A DNA stretch of 61,021 nt from the NCBI GenBank assembly GCA_963803975.1, contig CAWDOY010000037.1, positions 1-61,021 of the forward strand, in the 5' to 3' direction. The number at the start of each line of letters is the position of its first letter. Positions within the stretch are counted from its first letter, which is position 1. The position numbers and the translations under genes were made by a program. This DNA is from an uncultured delta proteobacterium (GTDB lineage Bacteria > Desulfobacterota > WTBG01 > CAIYCZ01). The notes beneath the pieces are model-generated. The model did no database searches. It saw nothing but the letters and a program-made list of their open reading frames with translations, and was not told where the DNA came from. Positions 42,745 to 52,710 of the stretch are shown piece after piece.

Positions 42745-43461
42745 ATGAATAACAGCCAGATCATAGAAACACTCAAGAGTGTTCTGCATCTCAAGAAAGA
42801 ACCGGTGGCACTCAAAGCATGGAAAGAAGATCCTTCGTCAGTAGAAAAATACCAGGGCAATGCATTTCCCGGCCTGTGCACCCAGATCGGCGAAGTGCTT
42901 GAAGGCAAAAAAACGTTTTATACCACCCTTGAGCACTGCTTCTGTACCGGCGGCGTTGTTGCGACCGGAGTAGCAGAGCCGGTGCCTGAAGAACAGCGCG
43001 ATGAGATGATACAGGTCCATGCGTCCATAAGCAAAACCTATAAGGATTTTGCGACTGCCGTAGGCTACGAAAATGAGATGGCGAAGCGTATTCCCCGCGT
43101 TGCCGGGTCTAATGCAGCGCTGCAGGTAGGGCTGCTGCGCGATATCCAGCAGCCTGACCTGGTGCTCATTTTCTGCACTCCTGGCGCTGCCGATATCCTG
43201 AACCGTGCCTACTGCTATGTAACGGGAGAGCCGGTGCAGGGATTTGGCGGAAACGGCGGCTGCCCGTTCATCATACAATATCCCTTCGTGACGAAAAAAC
43301 CATCCTTCTCTTACAGCGATGTTGCCTGGAGAAAATATATCGGTCTGGCTGATGAGGAACTTTCAATGGGGTTTCCCTACGCATGTCTTGTGGAGTTTAT
43401 TGATGAGCTTCCCGCGGTTGCGGATGCGTACCGGAAATACGGCGAGCCGGTCGAGGAATAG
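42745..43461 (+). CDS. DUF169 family protein
   Basis: L.LK.EPVALK, spaced cysteines (LCTQ, HCFC), PDLVLIF..P, EELSMGFP; AAGGAG RBS. Confidence 0.75.
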   Translation: MNNSQIIETLKSVLHLKKEPVALKAWKEDPSSVEKYQGNAFPGLCTQIGEVLEGKKTFYTTLEHCFCTGGVVATGVAEPVPEEQRDEMIQVHASISKTYKDFATAVGYENEMAKRIPRVAGSNAALQVGLLRDIQQPDLVLIFCTPGAADILNRAYCYVTGEPVQGFGGNGGCPFIIQYPFVTKKPSFSYSDVAWRKYIGLADEELSMGFPYACLVEFIDELPAVADAYRKYGEPVEE

Positions 43462-43495
43462 CAGGAGGCAACAGGCAGGACAGTCCGCAATCAGG

Positions 43496-43540
43496 AATAA
43501 AAAAGGTTGCTCATCATTTCTAATGAGCAACTTTTTTATT
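43496..43540. terminator. Bidirectional intrinsic terminator
   Basis: AATAAAAAAGGTTGCTCAT...ATGAGCAACTTTTTTATT between convergent genes. Confidence 0.85.
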
Positions 43541-43560
43541 CATTCTGATATATATATCGG

Positions 43561-44276
43561 TCACACATGACTCGGCCGCAACTGGTGTCCTGCTCTGCAG
43601 CACCCAGTTCCCCAAAGAGGTAATCTGGTCATTTAATGCTCTGATGCGCGAGTTTGTTACATGCATCAGATGGGTTAAAATCTTTATACCCAAGTTGAGG
43701 GTTTTCCTGAACTAATACGTTGAACCCCATCTCGTCAAGCTCTAATACCTTAGCATTGTCGGTACTTACTACTGAAACCGATGGCGGGTAATGGTCAAAA
43801 AATGACATCTCGCCATAGGTTTCACCATCAGAAATAGTGGTGATTATTTTCTGGTCGTTGGCTGAGATTGATTTCACAATTTTAAATTGACCTGAAAAAA
43901 TTACAGCCAGAACCTTACTTACCTTACCCTCGGCAATAACGACTGTGTCCCGGGGATATTCTTTGAGCAGTGCGTACGCGAGAATCTTTTCAATTTCCTT
44001 CTCAGTCATGCCACTAAAAAATTCCAGTTCCCGGACATCACGCGCCTTAATCGCGTTTTCTGCGCTCACTTTTTTCCGCTGCCCGCTCTTTTCTTTCATG
44101 ATAAAGTAACCAAGGGGGCAAAAATTTATGGTGCCGGTAATAAATCCATAGAGCCCGACGATAATCACTGCTGTCTTGCCAATGGATTCCACTCCTCCAA
44201 CAAAATAAGTGAGAGCAATGAGCACCATTCCCCCGAGTACTCTCAAACTTCTGTCCATTGATATTGTTGTACTCAC
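43561..44276 (-). CDS. DUF2892 + cNMP-binding domain protein, copy 2 (frameshift near 43685)
   Basis: DRSLR...TGTINFCPL; GETYGEMSFFD; C-terminus RIRALNDQITSLGNWVLQ in another frame. Confidence 0.82.
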
Positions 44277-44571
44277 TGTATGCTTCCTCCTGCGAGCTAA
44301 AACTCAAATTTAATTTTCATAGCACTGCAACAGAATGTAGATTTTTTTCTTATTATATATATTCGTTAATAAAATTAAAATATTTAGTAATTTATTCGAG
44401 CAATAAATTTTATAGTTATCATAGCATTTCTTTATAATATTATATTTATCGATATATATCTATTTATAGAGAATTTTTGCTGCGTTATTGATGCAAAAAG
44501 CGTAGCCCCTCATTATTTATTTACAAAAAAGATGGTGAAACCGGTCTTACCTGTCAAATTATTTTCCTGTG

Positions 44572-46059
44572 CTACAATCCTCCCCAGAGTATCAGACCAA
44601 TTAACAGTGATGCGGCAATCCCCAGGGGAATGGTCCAGCGCAGTATTGCCCCTTCCTGGCCGAGAGCGCCGCACATGGGCGTGGCAATAGCAATCTTGAA
44701 CGGCGATGAGATTGACCCGATGGATGCGCCGACTGCCAATCCTGCGGCAAGCCAGGTGGCCGATACTCCCAGCAGCGCTGCAGCCTGCACCTGGAGCTTG
44801 CCGAAAAGCATGATGGATGCAACGCCATACCCGGTAAGAAATGTCCCCACCCAGCCGAGCAGCGGTATAAAAAGCGGATAGAACGTGCCGGTATAAATCT
44901 GCAGGCCATGAGCAAGTATCCAGGGGATGTTGCATGCCTGCTCCATGCGGGTAAAATTATCTGCATAGCCGGAGTAGGCTATAATCTGACCCATGGCTCC
45001 GAACAGCCCCATGGCAACACACGCCCGCCACCCTTTTGCCAGGCTTATATGCATTACCTCATACAGGGTGACCTTCGGCACTTTAAGCAGCGCTGCAGCA
45101 AGACCAAAGGCAGCAAACAAATATAGATATGCTGAAAACAGCGGCTGCAGGGTGATGGGGTGCACGGGGATGACCTGTACGGTAATGCACAAACGCCGGG
45201 CAGTAAGCTCCCGTAATGGGGGCACAATATTTATCAGGAATAATGCTGTGAGCATGAAAGCAAAGGGCGCCAAATCGCGCAGTATCCACCGGGTCAGGCC
45301 CATCTGCCGCGGCCCGGCCAGAATCAAAACAACAATCACAGACAGCCCTCCCAGCATCCCCGATACCGGCACCCCGGCATAGACCACAGCACCGAGTGCT
45401 GCAACACTCACGCACAGCCCGCAGCCGATCGACAGCAGAAGCTGGCGGGTGACAGGCGCAAAGCGCGGCAGAAATAATGGCACACAGGCGGCCATGGCAG
45501 CAGTGGCCGGTATTGAAAGCCACCCGGCTGCAACTGCCAGCTCATATACCGGCATATCCGTTACCAGTGACAGCACCGTCACAATAATTCCTGCCATCTC
45601 AAGCGTCATAAGTCCGGCATAGCCGACAATAGAGAGTGCTGCAGAGCCTGCCGGTGATACACCGGCAGAGCGCAGCATGGGTGCCACCACCGGCTCGGCA
45701 ATTACGCTTGCCCCTTCCATGAAATTTGCCACGCCAAAGGTTATGAGAAGACTCCGGTGCAGGGCATCGCGCACACCGCCCATGAACCAGGTAACAATGC
45801 GGGAGAGAGAACCGGTTGCCTGCAGAAGAGTGGACAGCATGATGCCGGCAAACACCACCAGCAGAAGCGGCAGCGTGGTTACAATACCGTCAAGGGCTGA
45901 GAGGAGCGCAACCGTTAGAGAGGTCTTAAAAAAGATAACAACATAGAGCAGGGTAAACAAAGAGCCGCAGATAGAGAGGGTGAACGCCGGCATTCTGAAG
46001 AAGACCGCTAGCACGGTCAGCAGCAGAACCGGCGTCCAGCAGAGAAGAAAAGAGAGCAT
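44572..46059 (-). CDS. L-lactate permease (LctP) family transporter
   Basis: Polytopic membrane protein; F.EGA, PLLGW.G.FLTG, S..MLF..LQ, G.ISSP.KI. Confidence 0.8.
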   Translation of the reverse strand: MLSFLLCWTPVLLLTVLAVFFRMPAFTLSICGSLFTLLYVVIFFKTSLTVALLSALDGIVTTLPLLLVVFAGIMLSTLLQATGSLSRIVTWFMGGVRDALHRSLLITFGVANFMEGASVIAEPVVAPMLRSAGVSPAGSAALSIVGYAGLMTLEMAGIIVTVLSLVTDMPVYELAVAAGWLSIPATAAMAACVPLFLPRFAPVTRQLLLSIGCGLCVSVAALGAVVYAGVPVSGMLGGLSVIVVLILAGPRQMGLTRWILRDLAPFAFMLTALFLINIVPPLRELTARRLCITVQVIPVHPITLQPLFSAYLYLFAAFGLAAALLKVPKVTLYEVMHISLAKGWRACVAMGLFGAMGQIIAYSGYADNFTRMEQACNIPWILAHGLQIYTGTFYPLFIPLLGWVGTFLTGYGVASIMLFGKLQVQAAALLGVSATWLAAGLAVGASIGSISSPFKIAIATPMCGALGQEGAILRWTIPLGIAASLLIGLILWGGL

Positions 46060-46061
46060 GC

Positions 46062-47681
46062 TTAGAACCGGACGACACGCACTTCTATTATGCCGTCAAT
46101 CCGGGTCAGGTCATCAAGCAGCTGTTTACTGATCGGGCTGTCAACAGAGACAAAGGCGATTGCTTCTCCGCCTGCCTGTCGGCCCAGCTCAAAGGCTGCA
46201 ATATTTATCTGGTTGTCGCCGAGAATGGTGCCCACTTTGCCGATGATTCCGGGGCGGTCAATGTTTCTGAAATAAATGGAAGTGCCTTCAGGAATAATAT
46301 CCAGATGGAACCGGTCAAAGAGAACGACCCGTCCTGATTTGTCTGAGAACACGGTGCCGGCAATGGTCTTTTCCTCCTGGTCAGTCCGCAGGATAAAAAC
46401 GATCAAGTCATTGAACTTGTCATACTGATCGGTCTTTGATTCTGCAACAAGGATGTTGCGGTCCTTTGCCAGGTAGGGGGCGTTGATGAATGAGACATCT
46501 TTTAACGTGACGTCAAAAAAACCTTTCAGCGCGGCCACGGTAAACGGCTGATAGCTCAGCGGCGCGTCAAAAGTGCGCTCGCAGAAGTCCTCCTCGAAAT
46601 TTTTCCCCACCATGATAATTTTAATCTCTTCGGGTCTTCCCTTGGTGAGCTGGCCGGCAAGTTTGCCCATTCTCTGGATAAGGTCAAAATAGCGCTGCAT
46701 GTGCTCCGGGAGCGGCGTCTTCATGAAGGGGATGTTAACGGCATTGGCATAGCCCCTGCCGTTGAGCGCGTCCACAATCTGCTCGGCAATGAGGATAGCC
46801 ACCCCTTCCTGCCCTTCAAAGGTATTGGCCCCGATATGAGGGGTGACAAATACATTTTCCAGATCAAATAATTTGTGGTTCTTTGGCGGCTCTTCTTCAA
46901 ACACGTCAATGCCCGCGGCAAACACCTTGCCCGATTTAAGTGCCTCGTAGAGGTCATTCTCGCTGACAATGCCGCCGCGAGCGCAGTTGATCACGATGAC
47001 CCCGTCTTTCATGAGCCCGATCTCTTTGGCCGTAATCATGTTCTGCGTTTCAGTGGTGAGCGGGGTGTGAACGGTGAGCACGTCGGTTTCCCGAAGCACG
47101 TCTTCCATCCTGTCGTAAAGCTTCACTCCTATTGCCTCGGCCTTGCTCTTTTTTATGTACGGGTCATAGGCGATAACCTTCATGCCGAAGCTCTTGGCAC
47201 GGACAGCGACATTGCCGCCAATTCTTCCCAGACCGATAATGCCCAGCGTCTTGTTATAGAGCTGAAAGCCCATGAACTTCTTCCGGTCCCATTTGCCGGA
47301 CTTCAGCGATTCATTGGCCAGAGGAATTTTACGCGCCGCAGCAAGCATAATGCCCATGGTGAGTTCGGTTGCAGCAAAGGTGTTGCCGGTGGGCGCGTTC
47401 ATGACAATGATGCCTTTTTTACTGGCAGCCTCAATGTCTACATTGTCGAGACCCACCCCTGCCCGCCCGATAATTTTGAGTTTGCCCGGGTTCTCTATGA
47501 GATCAGCAGTGACTGCTGTGCCGCTGCGGGTGATGATGGCATCGTATTCGCCGATAATTTTTTTCAGCTCATCAATTTTGATCCCGGGCCGCACATCAAC
47601 GTCAATAGAGCCGTCGCGCTTCAGGATGTCGAGGCCCTCCTGAGAAATATTGTCAGTAACCATCACCTTAAACTGTGCCAT
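46062..47681 (-). CDS. serA: D-3-phosphoglycerate dehydrogenase, long (ASB+ACT) form
   Basis: GRAGVGLDNVD, GLGRIG, INCARGG, TPHIGA, ACT motif N.DRPG.IG. Confidence 0.93.
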   Translation of the reverse strand: MAQFKVMVTDNISQEGLDILKRDGSIDVDVRPGIKIDELKKIIGEYDAIITRSGTAVTADLIENPGKLKIIGRAGVGLDNVDIEAASKKGIIVMNAPTGNTFAATELTMGIMLAAARKIPLANESLKSGKWDRKKFMGFQLYNKTLGIIGLGRIGGNVAVRAKSFGMKVIAYDPYIKKSKAEAIGVKLYDRMEDVLRETDVLTVHTPLTTETQNMITAKEIGLMKDGVIVINCARGGIVSENDLYEALKSGKVFAAGIDVFEEEPPKNHKLFDLENVFVTPHIGANTFEGQEGVAILIAEQIVDALNGRGYANAVNIPFMKTPLPEHMQRYFDLIQRMGKLAGQLTKGRPEEIKIIMVGKNFEEDFCERTFDAPLSYQPFTVAALKGFFDVTLKDVSFINAPYLAKDRNILVAESKTDQYDKFNDLIVFILRTDQEEKTIAGTVFSDKSGRVVLFDRFHLDIIPEGTSIYFRNIDRPGIIGKVGTILGDNQINIAAFELGRQAGGEAIAFVSVDSPISKQLLDDLTRIDGIIEVRVVRF

Positions 47682-47756
47682 GAAAATCACCTCTTTTAGC
47701 TATAATCTCTTATCTGTTGCCTTTTGCCGGTACTGTTTTGCAATCTTTGGGAAGTT

Positions 47757-47786
47757 AATCCTGCGAATCTGCGTTTATCTGCGTCC
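47757..47786. repeat. 30-bp dispersed repeat, copy 2
   Basis: AATCCTGCGAATCTGCGTTTATCTGCGTCC. Confidence 0.8.
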
Positions 47787-47789
47787 TGA

Positions 47790-48953
47790 TTAAATTACGC
47801 GGACCATCAGCACGCCCTCTATTTTCATCAGCTTCTCAATCAGGTCATCGTTTATGTTGTTATCAACATCTATGATGTTGTAGGCAAAGTCGCCCCTGCT
47901 CTTGTTGAGCATGTCAGCGATGTTTATCTTTTTCCCGGCAAGCACCGGCGTAATCTGCCCGATCATGTTCGGGACATTTCTGTTGGCGATGATGAGACGC
48001 CGTGCACCGGACTGAGGGAGAATGCACTCCGGGAAATTAACTGAATTCTTAATATTTCCTCTCTCCAGAAAATCCATGAGCTGCTGCACCGCCATGACCG
48101 CGCAGTTCTCTTCTGACTCAGGAGTTGATGCCCCGAGATGCGGTATGGGGATGACATTGTCCATTTTCAACAGCTCTTCATCCGGAAAATCCGTCACATA
48201 AAAGGCCACCACCCCCTGGCTGATTGCTTCCTGCAAATCTTTGTTATTCACCAGCCCGCCGCGCGCGAAGTTTAGGAGGCGCACGCCCTTCTTCATGAGC
48301 GCCAGCTTATCCCTGTTGATCATGCTCTTGGTCTTGTCATTCAGGGGCACATGCAGGGTGATGTAGTCGGATTCCGCAAAAAGGCTGTCAAGGCTCAGTG
48401 CCCGCCTTACCGTGCGGGAGAGGCCCCATGCAGAGTCCACCGTCAGAAACGGGTCATAGCCGATTACTTCCATGCCAAGGGATTCCGCGTCATTTGCCAC
48501 CATTACGCCAATGGCACCAAGGCCCACCACGCCAAGCTTCTTGCCCTTGATCTCCGGGCCGTCAAACTGGGACTTTCCGTCCTCGACCAGCTTGGGCACA
48601 GCGTCACCCTTGCCGATCAGGCCTTTTGCCCAGGTGATGCCCTGGTACACTTTGCGGGATGACATGAACAGCGCCATCAGCACCAGCTCCTTCACCGCAT
48701 TGGCATTGGCACCCGGCGTATTAAAAACAACAATGCCGCGCTCCGAGCACTTGCTTATGGGAATGTTATTCACCCCTGCCCCGGCCCGGGCAATCGCTTT
48801 TAAAGACGGGGGCAGCTCCATCTCAAGCATGTTAAAGCTTCGTACCAGCACGGCGTCGGGACCGACTATTTCCGAGGCATATTCGAAATTATCCGGCGGC
48901 AGCAGGCGCATCCCGTTGGGAGATATCTTGTTAAGTGTCTGGATTTTAAACAT
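47790..48953 (-). CDS. serA: D-3-phosphoglycerate dehydrogenase, short (ACT-only) form
   Basis: ARAGAGVNNIP, NTPGANANAVKEL, GLGAIG, NFARG, PHLGAST, NSVNFP. Confidence 0.92.
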   Translation of the reverse strand: MFKIQTLNKISPNGMRLLPPDNFEYASEIVGPDAVLVRSFNMLEMELPPSLKAIARAGAGVNNIPISKCSERGIVVFNTPGANANAVKELVLMALFMSSRKVYQGITWAKGLIGKGDAVPKLVEDGKSQFDGPEIKGKKLGVVGLGAIGVMVANDAESLGMEVIGYDPFLTVDSAWGLSRTVRRALSLDSLFAESDYITLHVPLNDKTKSMINRDKLALMKKGVRLLNFARGGLVNNKDLQEAISQGVVAFYVTDFPDEELLKMDNVIPIPHLGASTPESEENCAVMAVQQLMDFLERGNIKNSVNFPECILPQSGARRLIIANRNVPNMIGQITPVLAGKKINIADMLNKSRGDFAYNIIDVDNNINDDLIEKLMKIEGVLMVRVI

Positions 48954-48972
48954 TGCAACCCTCCACAAATAT

Positions 48973-49050
48973 AAAGTTATGGAGTTGAAGAGTGACGAGT
49001 TGAGGAGTTATTGAACTTCTAAACTCCGCAACTCCTTCACTCCCGAACTC
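48973..49050. repeat. Octamer-periodic inverted repeat
   Basis: GGAGTTGA AGAGTGAC GAGTTGAG GAGTT ... AACTTCTA AACTCCGC AACTCCTT CACTCCCG AACTC. Confidence 0.75.
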
Positions 49051-49057
49051 ACTACTA

Positions 49058-50140
49058 TTATTTATTTTCCATTTCAAACTTCTTCATGAAGTCAACCAGC
49101 TTCTGCACCCCTTCGACCGGCATGGAGTTGTAGATGCTGGCGCGCATGCCGCCCACTGATCGGTGTCCGGAAAGCTGTACCAGACCCTGTTTTCCTGCCT
49201 CAGCGATGAACTTTTTATCAAGCTCCTCATTGCCGCTGACAAACGGAATGTTCATGAGCGAGCGGAATTCCCGGGGAACCGGCGACTTGAACATGGCAGA
49301 CGCATCGAGAAAATCATACAGAAGATTTGCTTTGGTTTTGTTGATCCCCTCCATCGCCGGGATGCCGCCCAAATCTTTCAGCCACTCAAACACGAGCATT
49401 GCCATATAAATGCTGTAGGTCGGCGGGGTGTTGAACAGTGATTTATCTTTCACGTGGGTCGCGTAGTTCATCATGGTGGGGGTAATGTCCATGGCTTTTC
49501 CGACCAGGTCATCGCGGATGATAACAACCGTGACGCCGGCAGGGCCGATATTTTTCTGCGCGCCGGCAAAGATAACACCGAATTTGCTCACATCCATGAC
49601 CTCGGAGAGTATGTGTGATGACATGTCCGCCACCAGGGGCACGCTGCCGGTATCGGGATAGACCGGATAGCGGGTGCCTTCGATGGTGTTGTTGGAGCAG
49701 ATGTAGAAGAAATCAGCATCAGGGGTGAATGTGCTCTTGTCAAGCCGGGGGATGTAGGAATGTTTTTTATCCTCTGATGATGCCAGGATATTGACCGCGC
49801 CGTAGCGCTTTGATTCCGGGATCGCTTTCTTGGTCCACTCCCCGGTGTGGACAAAATCAGCCTTCTTGCTCTTTGAAAACAGGTTCATCGGTATCATGGA
49901 GAATTGCAGCGATGCGCCGCCCTGCAGAAAGAGCACCTGGTAATTGGCGGGGATGCTCATGAGCTCGCGCAGCAGGGCCTCTGCCTTGTTAATAATGGCT
50001 TCAAATGCCTTGGAGCGGTGGCTCATCTCCATCACCGACATTCCCGCATTCGGGTATTCCACCAGTTCGCTTGCCGCTTTTTTAAGAACCGGCTCCGGCA
50101 GACAGGCCGGGCCTGCAGAAAAGTTATACACTCGTGCCAT
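49058..50140 (-). CDS. serC: Phosphoserine aminotransferase
   Basis: NFSAGP, MEMSHRS, QGGASLQF, GAQKNIGPAG, NTPP, GHRSVGGMRASIYN. Confidence 0.97.
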   Translation of the reverse strand: MARVYNFSAGPACLPEPVLKKAASELVEYPNAGMSVMEMSHRSKAFEAIINKAEALLRELMSIPANYQVLFLQGGASLQFSMIPMNLFSKSKKADFVHTGEWTKKAIPESKRYGAVNILASSEDKKHSYIPRLDKSTFTPDADFFYICSNNTIEGTRYPVYPDTGSVPLVADMSSHILSEVMDVSKFGVIFAGAQKNIGPAGVTVVIIRDDLVGKAMDITPTMMNYATHVKDKSLFNTPPTYSIYMAMLVFEWLKDLGGIPAMEGINKTKANLLYDFLDASAMFKSPVPREFRSLMNIPFVSGNEELDKKFIAEAGKQGLVQLSGHRSVGGMRASIYNSMPVEGVQKLVDFMKKFEMENK

Positions 50141-50259
50141 AGGTACCTCCTTATTAATGTGTTAGATCCTGACTTCTAAACGCTAAACAAATATCAGTTA
50201 AATACTATCCTTTTGAAATTTTGGATTTGTTTAGGATTTCTTATTTGCGTATTTAGTAT

Positions 50260-50904
50260 TTACCCATGGTGCTGTTGTTCCATGGTAAACAGCGCGGATA
50301 AGAACCTGAACTCGCCCGCTATATCAAAATTGCTCACATAGACTTTTTCCTTATAGGTTGCATGCAGCGGAACTGATGAGAAGTTCACGATGCCCCGTAT
50401 CCCGCCTTCAACGAGCCGGTCGATAATATCCCGTGAAGCGTGGCCCGGCACGGTTATAACCGCCATCTCTATGCCCTGCTTCCTGATGATGTCAGCCAGC
50501 TCATAGGCGGGATATACCGGTATATGCGTTACCAGAGTTTCAATTTTATTTATGCTTGAGTCAAAGCCTGCTACGATTTTAAAGTTATTGGAAAAAAGTT
50601 TTTCATTCTGCAGGATGGCAGTGCCGAGTTTCCCCAGACCAACCACACAGGCTTTGCGCTCAACATTCAGACCGAGCTTCTCACCAATATGCTTCTTCAG
50701 CTTTGCAATCTCATAGCCTGAACCAACGGTGCCGATTTCCCCGATGTAGCTGATGTCCTTCCGCACGCTATGAGAGCCTACCCAGATTTTTTCACCTATT
50801 TCATTGGAGGAAACAGAGCTTGCGCCATTTCCTTCCAGTTCCTCCAGCAGGCTGTATATTTTACAAAGTCTGCTAATAGATGGTTTGGGGATACGGTTGG
50901 TCAT
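50260..50904 (-). CDS. rex: Redox-sensing transcriptional repressor Rex
   Basis: IP...RL..Y, VSS.E, VRKD.SY.G..G..G.GY, VG.G.LG, GI.NF. Confidence 0.93.
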   Translation of the reverse strand: MTNRIPKPSISRLCKIYSLLEELEGNGASSVSSNEIGEKIWVGSHSVRKDISYIGEIGTVGSGYEIAKLKKHIGEKLGLNVERKACVVGLGKLGTAILQNEKLFSNNFKIVAGFDSSINKIETLVTHIPVYPAYELADIIRKQGIEMAVITVPGHASRDIIDRLVEGGIRGIVNFSSVPLHATYKEKVYVSNFDIAGEFRFLSALFTMEQQHHG

Positions 50905-50940
50905 AGTTCATAGTAATTAATTTAATTTAAAGTTTTCCTA

Positions 50941-50958
50941 TTGTGAAATAATTCACTA
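50941..50958. promoter_or_regulatory. Rex operator 1, overlapping the rex promoter
   Basis: TTGTGAA-ATAA-TTCACTA (1 mismatch to TTGTGAA-N4-TTCACAA); minus-strand TTGACA at 50963-50968. Confidence 0.85.
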
Positions 50959-51045
50959 TTCTTGTCAAGTATATTTAATTAATACCAGTCACATTTCTGA
51001 AGCCCTGTCAAAATTAAAGGTAATATATATTGCCATTAGCAATAT

Positions 51046-51063
51046 CTGTGATATATTTCACAG
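51046..51063. promoter_or_regulatory. Rex operator 2, overlapping the DUF1015 gene promoter
   Basis: CTGTGAT-ATAT-TTCACAG; TTGCCA at 51030 and TATATT at 51052. Confidence 0.75.
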
Positions 51064-51076
51064 ATAAAATCAATAC

Positions 51077-51142
51077 CAGAGACCACAGAATGTCAGACAT
51101 AAGACAATCATCCGTAATGGCTGTCGTCTGACTTCTGTATTC
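51077..51142. repeat. Heptamer-periodic inverted repeat
   Basis: CAGAATG TCAGACA TAAGAC ... GTCGTCT GACTTCT GTATTCT. Confidence 0.5.
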
Positions 51143-51168
51143 TTTATTCTATTTTTTATGGAGGCATC

Positions 51169-52396
51169 ATGGCTGCAATCAAGGAATTCAGGGGGCTGAG
51201 ACCGAAACAGGATATGGTAACCCGCATAGCTGAACTGCCCTATGACGTGGTCAGTTCAGAGGAGGCACGCGATATTGCCAAAGACAATCAATACAGTTTT
51301 TTCCATGTTTCGAAACCGGAGATAGACCTGCCTGACAATGTTAATCTCTATGCTGACATTGTCTATGCAACCGGCAGAATAAATTTCGACAGCTTTATCA
51401 GCCAGGGCATCCTGAAGCAGGATGAAAGCCCCCGTCTCTATCTCTACACCCAGGTTATGCACGGCAGGCAGCAGCACGGTCTGGTAGCCTGCGTGAGCAT
51501 AGATGATTACCTTAACAGCACGGTTAAAAAGCATGAGCTGACCCGCGAGGACAAGGAGCGGGACAGGACCCGGCACATTGAAACATTGCATGCCCAGACC
51601 GGACCGGTATTTCTATTCTATAAAGAGGACCGCTTCAAGAAAGTGCTGTACGAGGAGGCGCTCAGGATTGATCCGGTATATGAATTTACCGCATCTGACG
51701 GCATCCGGCATATACTGCGGATTATTAAGGATGTAAATCTTATTGAGTCCTTCAAGAAGGCATTTGCCAAAGATATCCTCTACATTGCCGACGGCCACCA
51801 CCGCGCTGCTTCAGCAGCCAAAGTCGGTGTGAACCACAGGAAGGAAAATCCCTCCCATAACGGCACTGAGGAATACAACTGGTTTCTTGCCGTCATCTTC
51901 CCCCATGACCAGCTGCAGATCCTTGCCTATAACAAGGTGGTAAAAGATTTAAACGGGCTTTCAAAAGAAGAGTATCTTAATAAAATAGCACAGCACTTTT
52001 CCGTGCAGCAGGCCGGCGTGAAAGTTCCCGAAGCAATCCACCAGTTCTCCATGTACCTTGGACCGCCAGTGGTATTTGCTCACACCGTCATGTGCTATAC
52101 CAAATGACCCCATAGAGAGCCTTGATGTGCAAATACTGCAGAACAAGCTCCTTGATCCGATACTGGGCATCAAGGACCCCCGCACCGACAAGCGCATCGA
52201 TTTTATCGGCGGCATCAGGGGCACACAGGAGCTGGAGAAGCTGGTGGATGCCGGAGAATATCAGGTTGCCTTCTCCATGCATCCCACCACCATCGAGCAA
52301 CTCATACGCGTTGCTGATGCCGGAAAGATTATGCCCCCCAAATCAACCTGGTTTGAGCCAAAACTGAGAAGCGGGCTGGTGGTGCACCTGCTATAA
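51169..52396 (+). CDS. DUF1015 family protein (frameshift near 52060)
   Basis: LPYDVV, KKHELT, YIADGHHR, MPPKSTWFEPKLRSGL. Confidence 0.92.
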
Positions 52397-52430
52397 AACA
52401 GGCACAGAGGCAGAAGGCACAAAGGTAAAG

Positions 52431-52483
52431 AACGGTGAATGGGTAATAGGTCAAGAGGTGAATGGGTAACGGCTCACCGCAGG
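52431..52483 (+). repeat. REP-like composite repeat; inverted copy at 55507-55558
   Basis: Reverse complement CCTGCGGTGAGCCG-TTACCCATTCACCTCTTGAC-CTATT-ACCCATTCACC aligns with 55507-55558. Confidence 0.75.
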
Positions 52484-52563
52484 CAAGGCACAGAGGGAAC
52501 GGTTCAACTGCGCTCACCGCTGGCAAGGCCAGGAGGTAAAGCGGTCAATTGCAAGCGTACAGC

Positions 52564-52604
52564 AGGGCGGAGGGCTTGAATCGGGCTTCCGCCCTTATCT
52601 TTTA
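52564..52604 (+). terminator. Putative terminator
   Basis: AGGGCGGAGG...CTTCCGCCCT followed by TATCTTTT. Confidence 0.55.
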
Positions 52605-52710
52605 TAAAAGATTCTTTTTAAGAATATTTTATGCGTATGCGTTGACTTCAGTGCTTTCCGTATTATATTTAAATAAAATATTTACTTGACAGACGGAAGG
52701 AGAACAAAAT

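Noticed and set aside
46875..47699. Long antisense ORFs (here, and 54019..54768, 58648..59325, 59973..60620)
   Set aside because: Shadow frames opposite well-conserved genes (serA, clpB, ycf48-like, DUF1329).
46062..48953. One of the SerA enzymes as the missing ComC
   Set aside because: ComA/ComB yield (R)-sulfolactate, which has L-configuration; SerA-family enzymes are D-specific. They are also 30 kb away in a separate, Rex-associated unit.
52600..52710. CIRCE or HAIR heat-shock operator upstream of clpB
   Set aside because: No TTAGCACTC-N9-GAGTGCTAA or CTTGAGT-N7-ACTCAAG match; only a weak sigma-70-like TTGACT/TATATT.
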